Source: a virus (Duplodnaviria; Heunggongvirae; Uroviricota; Caudoviricetes). From it: a stretch of DNA of 64,000 bases. The position numbers were made by a program, and so were the translations under genes. Location: IMG/VR virus record IMGVR_UViG_3300036769_000253; one strand, written 5' to 3'. Positions 58,203 through 64,000 of this stretch are shown in pieces. Numbering within the stretch: position 1 is the first letter of the stretch; each line of letters begins with the position of its first letter. The notes beneath the pieces are model-generated. The model searched no databases. It was given only the letters and a program-made list of their open reading frames with translations, and was not told where the DNA came from.

Positions 58203-58589
58203 TTACTCCTCCTCTGGATCTTCAATCATAAATAAAATAGCTTGCATCTGTTTAGTTGAAATCTGAGTATCATCAAAAGTATCAAGTTTAATTGTATAAA
58301 TTTTTACTTCCTGTTCAAGATTGAAAAGATCTTCAAGTTCTTTACTAGCCTGCTCAATGTTTTCTGGTGGAATCTGAAATCCTTGTCCATCTTCATTCAT
58401 TTTTCCATAATGCTGAGCAATTTTCATACGAGAATCCTCAATAGATTTTGCTAATTCAGTAATAGCAGTAATATTTTTTTGTAAATAGAAATTTATCTTA
58501 ACTGGAAGATAAAGTTCGCTATTGTTAAAAGCATCTCCTAAAAGAGTTGCATAATTATAAATTTCATTGTTTGTAAAAGTTTTTGTCAT
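58203..58589 (-). CDS. DUF1617-like tail-associated small protein
   Basis: LP.K..F.L.KN...YG...KEL..L...E pattern; follows a large tail gene. Confidence 0.5.
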   Translation of the reverse strand: MTKTFTNNEIYNYATLLGDAFNNSELYLPVKINFYLQKNITAITELAKSIEDSRMKIAQHYGKMNEDGQGFQIPPENIEQASKELEDLFNLEQEVKIYTIKLDTFDDTQISTKQMQAILFMIEDPEEE

Positions 58590-58627
58590 ATCCTTTTTCT
58601 CCTTTTTATTATTTATAGAATTAACTT

Positions 58628-61600
58628 TTAAGATTCAGTTTCTGTTCCTGCACTTGTAGCCGCTAAAACCGTAAGTTTTTTAAAAGTATTTTTTAAATGA
58701 GTTGTACATTGTGAAGTTTGTTTATCCAATGATGCTTGTTTATATGTTAAAGAATTACTAGTTGTACAACTTACCGCAGAGGAATTAAAAGATTTTTTTA
58801 AGGAGACACTTACTGTTACAGGGTAAGTTTTATCTCCTATAGTAACACTTCCACTAGCACTGTCGACAGCTACTGAAGTAAGAAAACTAGATGATGGAAC
58901 TGATACAGAAATACTACCACTCACAGAGGTATCTGTCTGTGTAAGAGATGTAGAATCATTTAGGACTGTTGCTCGATCACTTAACCCAGAAGTCATAGAT
59001 AAAACTTTTTCAGTCGCTATTTCAACTGTAGTTCCTCCTAGCGTAAAAGTTCCTCCTATGTTACAATCTGTTATTTCTGCGCTAGTAATGGTTCCATAAG
59101 ATATGTTTGCGTTCTCAATGCTTCCGTAAGATATTGCTGCTCCTCCAATGGTTCCTTTAGAAATTGTTGCTCCCCCAATAGTAGCCCCAGAAATATCGGC
59201 TCCATTGCAATAAATATTTCCACTGCTTGATACTGCAAAATTGTTACCTATAACCAGTCTTAATTTGTCTCTATCTGACCCATTTATCTTTTTAGTAAAA
59301 TCTGTAGAACTTAATATAAAACTACTTGAAATTTCCTCTTGATCTTCTGTATAAAGTGTATAATTACTATAAAGTCTATCTTTATCTATGCTCCAACCTC
59401 CAATGGAACCTTCATCAGCATTAATTTTTCCGCTAAATTCTCCATCAGTAGCATAAATTTTTCCACTCCATTTTACTTTAAAATAAGGTCCAATTTTTAG
59501 AGGATATTCACTTGCGCCACTGTCGATTATCAAATAACCTTCTTTGGTTGTTGTTACATTATTTTCTTTAACTGTAAAAGTTCTTCCAGAAGCATCAATC
59601 TTAAAATCATAAGATCTAAGAACTCCTGTATTCATATTTAAACAAGTTCCAGTTTTATTTGTTGTATCCCAATTTTGAGATCTTAAAACAAAATTATTCT
59701 TAGTAATATCTACTAAATGTACTGTAGCGGGATCAGACTTCGTTTGTTTAATATAATAAGCAGTTCCAGCAGCTTCTTTTCCATTTGCCTCTGTAAATTC
59801 TCCCTCGTCAGTCATACAATAATAATCTTTTCCTTCTTCCCATTCTGAAGATGCCCATTTATAATAAGATTGTCCACTATTTTGATAATAGATTCTAAAA
59901 AATGGACTTCCACTGCTATCTATTTGAATATAAGATCCATTATAAGTTTCATCATTAGCTATAGCTTTAATAGAAAAATTATAAGCAGTTAATTTAGGAT
60001 TATCTCCTGCTAAGTTTAATTGAACTCCTGTTTGAGCATCATTATTCCAATTTTGACTTTGAATAATAAAGTTTTTTTTCCCAATATACATTAATTTAAG
60101 ATCTCTTAAAACCTTATTATCTTCAGTATATTTTTGATAAACTTCTAAATAAGGATTTCCATCACTAGCGATTTTTACGTATGAACCAGCATATTCGCCT
60201 TCGGTTTCTTTGGTAAAAAATTCAAAATTATAACCAGTTAATTTACTTCTACTTAAATCAAATCTAACTCCTGCTTCAGAACCAGATGTTGAACAAAAAT
60301 CATCTGTTTGAATATACATATTTGTAGAAGATATATTAATCAACTTATTTCCATTACAACTTTGAACTAGAAAATATGGATTACCATAGGTATTATCATT
60401 CTCATCTGCGCTTGGAGTTGGATCTATTTTAATCATTGCTTGACTAGTTTTTTCAATCTCTTTTCCAGACTCCTCATCCCAACTGGAGCTTATTGTTTCA
60501 GAAAATTTTGGTCCTTTAGAAATAAGAATTCCAGTATTAAGATCAATTTTCATTCCTTCAGAATTACTTTCATAATTCTGACTTTGAATAACTCCTGTAT
60601 CGCCATCAAAAAGAATTCTTCCATGTCCTGCTTTTCCTAAAAAAGCAGTTCCATCTATTAAAAATCCAAATGATTGCGCGCCTTTATTATATCCATAAAG
60701 TCCAATTTGTTTTGCGGTTTCATCTGCTTTTGAAGCTTTTCCCATAAGAACGCCATTGAATTGATTATCTTCATTTTTTTCTCCGGCTCCTATCATCGCT
60801 GATAATATTGTACCATTTTCTTCATCATAAGTCAAACTACCGTCCCAAGAGTTCAGCATTAAAGAAGAATAAGTGTTTTGATGAATATAAATTGGTTGTG
60901 TCCAAAAGATAGGTTCTTCATCTTCACTACCATTATTAACTGCCTCAATAGCAAATTTGGTACTATTTCCTTGAATATACATTGAAGGAACTGTAATGAT
61001 TCCATCAGTTGACACTTGTGGATAATATCTTGCATCAAATTTAGGATCTCCACTAGATATATACCAAGATACACTATTTTTATCATTAAAAGCAACTGAA
61101 TGGCCATCTTTATATTTATATAGTTGATATTTATTTTTATAATAACTAGGATTTACTCCAGAAGCATCATAAGCAATTTCTGTCGTTCCATCAAAAGTTA
61201 CAAAATCATCAGAACTTCTTACTGCGATTGGAAGTATTGTGCTTAAATAAACGTTAAAAGAAGATGTAGTTGTTTGCGTATTATCTTCTCCATCTACTTT
61301 CGTTTCAGTTGCAGTAACATTATTCTGAACCGCCTGTTTAGTTTTTGCTTTTAAAATATAATAACGACAATCTAAAATACTTTTTCCAGTTTCTTCAACG
61401 GTATTAATAGTGCAAGTATTTCCACTCTCATTTGCCATCTCTAAACCGCCATCACCCTCAGAATACCAACTAAAATCAAATCCATCGGTGAAGGTTGAAG
61501 TAATGTCATTATTTTCATTATCATAAACTTTTGGAACTACTGTTACACTCTTTCCATAGGTAAGAGCTAAACTATTATCTTCAAATTCAAGCGTAAAAGT

Positions 61601-64000
61601 ATAATCAGTTCCATTTATTCCATGAGGTCCAAAAGTCAAACTAACCTCTGCGGAATAAGTCATATTATTTTTTACAACTTCGCATCTAATTGTATTATTA
61701 ATTGCGCTTTGAGTATATTGAGACTTAATTCTAAATAATTGCTCAGTAGAATCTGCTTCTTCAAGACCAGGCTCTTTTCCGACCTTTTCAGTGCCTCTTC
61801 TTGTAATTACAAAATAACCATCTTCCACCTTAGTTGATAAATCTTTTTCAGTAATTTTAATATAATAATTAGTTAATGAGGAATATGTATCTTGTGTAGT
61901 TACTTTATTATATCCATTATCACTTAAATAAACACCATTAATTGTTTTAGTATATATTTGCCCTATATAAGATTTAAATTCTGCTTCATCCGCAATACTG
62001 ATCATCTTATAATCATCATATTCATACCCTTTTGTAGGATAATAAATCATGGTATTTTCAATAGGGATATACCAAGAAATTTGTTCTGCGGTATCTAATT
62101 CATCCTCGCCAGAAACTAAAGAAGTATAAGTTGCAGTTAAAGTTCTTAATTTACTACCTTCTGATGATGACATAATCTTTCCTGTATCATCATAGATTTT
62201 ATAATTACCATTATATCCTGCGGTATCACATTCAATAGATAGTCCCTTAATCAAATCTATAGTTGCTTTATCAGCAACTTTTTGCTCATTAGAAAGTATT
62301 AAAACCTCAGATTCATAATAATTAACGGAACCATCAAGTTCAGCTTCTCGACTCTCATACTCGGTAACCGCATTAGTCATTTCATCTTCTGTATAAGGTT
62401 TTCCATTAAAATATAAATCAACACCAAAATAATATTTCAAAGAAGTGCTTAAAGAATCAATATAACTTTGAGCAAGTTCTTTTTCACTACTATGTTGCGT
62501 TTCTAATTCACCTTTCGCATCTACTGAACTTCCAATATTTTTATAATAAGCATTTAATTCTTCTACTTCATTTTTTTGCTGTTCAACAAGAGTATTACCA
62601 CTTGCAATAACATCACCTTTACTAGCTAAAACAGCTGCATTTGATTCATCAAAGTTTCCAAAACCTAAGTTCTTTAATAAATTAGTTGCATCATTTTCTG
62701 TTTTACAAACTTGATTCATAACAGTTGTAAAAGTTTTAAGACCTTCAAGTCCTAGCTCAAGGATCCTTTGTCCTTCAGATAATTTATTAATTGCGGTTAA
62801 AAGATTTGTAACATTTGTTTTTAAAGCTTCATCCTTTATGTCATCTACGCTAGTTGCGCCTTCTTGACAGAGATTATATAAAAACCTCTCATTGCCCTTA
62901 ATAGTATCCTTATAACGAATTAATGTTGTATCATCTTTTTTAACTTTTTCAATATATTCTCTTGAAGGATATTCTAAAATAGCTTTTACTCTTTCAGTTT
63001 GTTCTGTAATATCTGGATCAAACTCTATAGAAAATTTATCTTTAGAATCTTGCATTTCTTCATAGAATGCTCCTGCTAATTCATCCTCAACGCCATTAGC
63101 AAGCTTATAACGATACCAATGGATTATTCCTTTTTGTCCATAGGTTTCGTCTTTTGGAAGGGTCTCTAAAGATTTAAAATTTTCTGTGCTTTCATCTAAA
63201 TGAATCCATCTTAACTGTAAATTTTTTCTATTCACGCACTCAGTTAGATATGTATTTACAGCATTTACATCATTTAAATCTAATTCTAAAAATTTTCGTT
63301 CAGAATCTGTTAAATCTGCGTCATCCACAGTTTTATCTTTTAATCTATCTTTTAATATATTCAAATCAGTTCCATAAGTTTCAGAATCTAAAGTAAATAA
63401 CATTAAAGTATCTTCGGTAAAGTCGCTTAAATTATATCCAACACTTATATAAGCGTCTTGAATAAAAAGATTATCTGGTAAATCCATTTTTAAATCACTA
63501 TCATAATTTGGAATTAATTCTTTATCACCATTGTAAAAATCACTATTTTGATAAAAAACAACTCGCATTGTATCAATAGTACCTAATCCAGATATATCAA
63601 CAACTTTTTCTTGACTATAAAAAGTTTCAAAATTATATGGACTTCCATACATGTCAGCTTCTGAATCAAGATTAAAAGAATAATATTTATATTTATTTGT
63701 TTCTTGCGTTGTATTATTTTCAACAACTCTTATATCAACTCGTAATCCATAAGAGCCAGAAATGCAATTCATAGAATTTAACCAAGCTTTAAAACTCGCT
63801 TGGATTCCTAATCGGTCATAACCTTTTAAGTTTAAATTCTTTGCACTCCAAATTGTTACTCCTGCGCGATTCCCATTTGCTAATAAACTAGCCTCTGGAG
63901 ATCCTTCATCAATTAGATTGTGAGTTATATCTATATATGTCTCCATAGGCGGGACATATGTAAAATATTCTGTATCATCGCTGGTGCATTTACCAACAAT
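58628..64000 (-). CDS. Large tail/host-recognition protein, 5'-truncated by the window edge
   Basis: Frame is open to base 64000 (IVGKCTSDD...PPMETY); GSIGGWSI motif and 5-residue IxxxT beta-helix-like repeats near the C-terminus. Confidence 0.7.
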   Translation of the reverse strand: MVGKCTSDDTEYFTYVPPMETYIDITHNLIDEGSPEASLLANGNRAGVTIWSAKNLNLKGYDRLGIQASFKAWLNSMNCISGSYGLRVDIRVVENNTTQETNKYKYYSFNLDSEADMYGSPYNFETFYSQEKVVDISGLGTIDTMRVVFYQNSDFYNGDKELIPNYDSDLKMDLPDNLFIQDAYISVGYNLSDFTEDTLMLFTLDSETYGTDLNILKDRLKDKTVDDADLTDSERKFLELDLNDVNAVNTYLTECVNRKNLQLRWIHLDESTENFKSLETLPKDETYGQKGIIHWYRYKLANGVEDELAGAFYEEMQDSKDKFSIEFDPDITEQTERVKAILEYPSREYIEKVKKDDTTLIRYKDTIKGNERFLYNLCQEGATSVDDIKDEALKTNVTNLLTAINKLSEGQRILELGLEGLKTFTTVMNQVCKTENDATNLLKNLGFGNFDESNAAVLASKGDVIASGNTLVEQQKNEVEELNAYYKNIGSSVDAKGELETQHSSEKELAQSYIDSLSTSLKYYFGVDLYFNGKPYTEDEMTNAVTEYESREAELDGSVNYYESEVLILSNEQKVADKATIDLIKGLSIECDTAGYNGNYKIYDDTGKIMSSSEGSKLRTLTATYTSLVSGEDELDTAEQISWYIPIENTMIYYPTKGYEYDDYKMISIADEAEFKSYIGQIYTKTINGVYLSDNGYNKVTTQDTYSSLTNYYIKITEKDLSTKVEDGYFVITRRGTEKVGKEPGLEEADSTEQLFRIKSQYTQSAINNTIRCEVVKNNMTYSAEVSLTFGPHGINGTDYTFTLEFEDNSLALTYGKSVTVVPKVYDNENNDITSTFTDGFDFSWYSEGDGGLEMANESGNTCTINTVEETGKSILDCRYYILKAKTKQAVQNNVTATETKVDGEDNTQTTTSSFNVYLSTILPIAVRSSDDFVTFDGTTEIAYDASGVNPSYYKNKYQLYKYKDGHSVAFNDKNSVSWYISSGDPKFDARYYPQVSTDGIITVPSMYIQGNSTKFAIEAVNNGSEDEEPIFWTQPIYIHQNTYSSLMLNSWDGSLTYDEENGTILSAMIGAGEKNEDNQFNGVLMGKASKADETAKQIGLYGYNKGAQSFGFLIDGTAFLGKAGHGRILFDGDTGVIQSQNYESNSEGMKIDLNTGILISKGPKFSETISSSWDEESGKEIEKTSQAMIKIDPTPSADENDNTYGNPYFLVQSCNGNKLINISSTNMYIQTDDFCSTSGSEAGVRFDLSRSKLTGYNFEFFTKETEGEYAGSYVKIASDGNPYLEVYQKYTEDNKVLRDLKLMYIGKKNFIIQSQNWNNDAQTGVQLNLAGDNPKLTAYNFSIKAIANDETYNGSYIQIDSSGSPFFRIYYQNSGQSYYKWASSEWEEGKDYYCMTDEGEFTEANGKEAAGTAYYIKQTKSDPATVHLVDITKNNFVLRSQNWDTTNKTGTCLNMNTGVLRSYDFKIDASGRTFTVKENNVTTTKEGYLIIDSGASEYPLKIGPYFKVKWSGKIYATDGEFSGKINADEGSIGGWSIDKDRLYSNYTLYTEDQEEISSSFILSSTDFTKKINGSDRDKLRLVIGNNFAVSSSGNIYCNGADISGATIGGATISKGTIGGAAISYGSIENANISYGTITSAEITDCNIGGTFTLGGTTVEIATEKVLSMTSGLSDRATVLNDSTSLTQTDTSVSGSISVSVPSSSFLTSVAVDSASGSVTIGDKTYPVTVSVSLKKSFNSSAVSCTTSNSLTYKQASLDKQTSQCTTHLKNTFKKLTVLAATSAGTETES

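Larger units (their letters stand above)
1..64000. mobile_element. Segment of a large tailed bacteriophage genome (Firmicutes-type host)
   Basis: Phage-type replication cluster, group I introns with homing endonucleases, holin-like genes and a ~36 kb tail/baseplate/fibre block; no host housekeeping operons or rRNA seen. Confidence 0.93.

Noticed and set aside
1209-61107. Short antisense or nested ORFs in the ORF track
   Set aside because: They lie inside well-supported genes, lack RBSs and show no recognisable motifs.
1-64000. Stop-codon reassignment (as in some gut phages)
   Set aside because: Long intact ORFs under the standard code; conserved genes end at TAG (dnaB, recJ), TGA (Sak4-like) and TAA. 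The interruptions are explained by introns.
1-64000. tRNA, tmRNA or rRNA genes
   Set aside because: No cloverleaf or T-loop signature found by eye in the intergenic gaps; a tRNAscan/ARAGORN run would be the definitive check.

Overview
An AT-rich segment of a large tailed phage genome that uses the standard genetic code. Strong AGGAGG ribosome-binding sites, sigma-A-type promoters and anaerobic NrdDG point to an anaerobic Firmicutes host, probably gut Clostridia; this host assignment is inference. The + strand (1-25350) carries replication, recombination and nucleotide genes: SSB, Sak4-like ATPase, DnaB helicase, primase, RecJ, RecD-like helicase, DnaE-type Pol III alpha, Gmk, NrdDG, dUTPase and RuvC. 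Three group I introns could be mapped to the base from P1/P7/P10 pairings and restored protein motifs. One splits the primase and two split dnaE; two carry related GIY-YIG endonucleases and one has no ORF. A free-standing Zn-repeat endonuclease is also present. The - strand (25394-64000) carries a self-contained five-gene operon of unknown function between two holin-like genes, then a long tail/baseplate/fibre module. That module includes a ~2500-aa protein with an apparently intact CotH-like kinase domain plus LamG, LRR and B-repeat-like regions. Non-coding signals include tandem NrdR-like boxes before nrdD, a recurring candidate late-promoter motif, a hairpin hiding an endonuclease RBS, and a GC-rich candidate structured RNA at about 1630-1760. 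Family names come from motif recognition by eye; no searches were run. The first and last ORFs run off the window edges.
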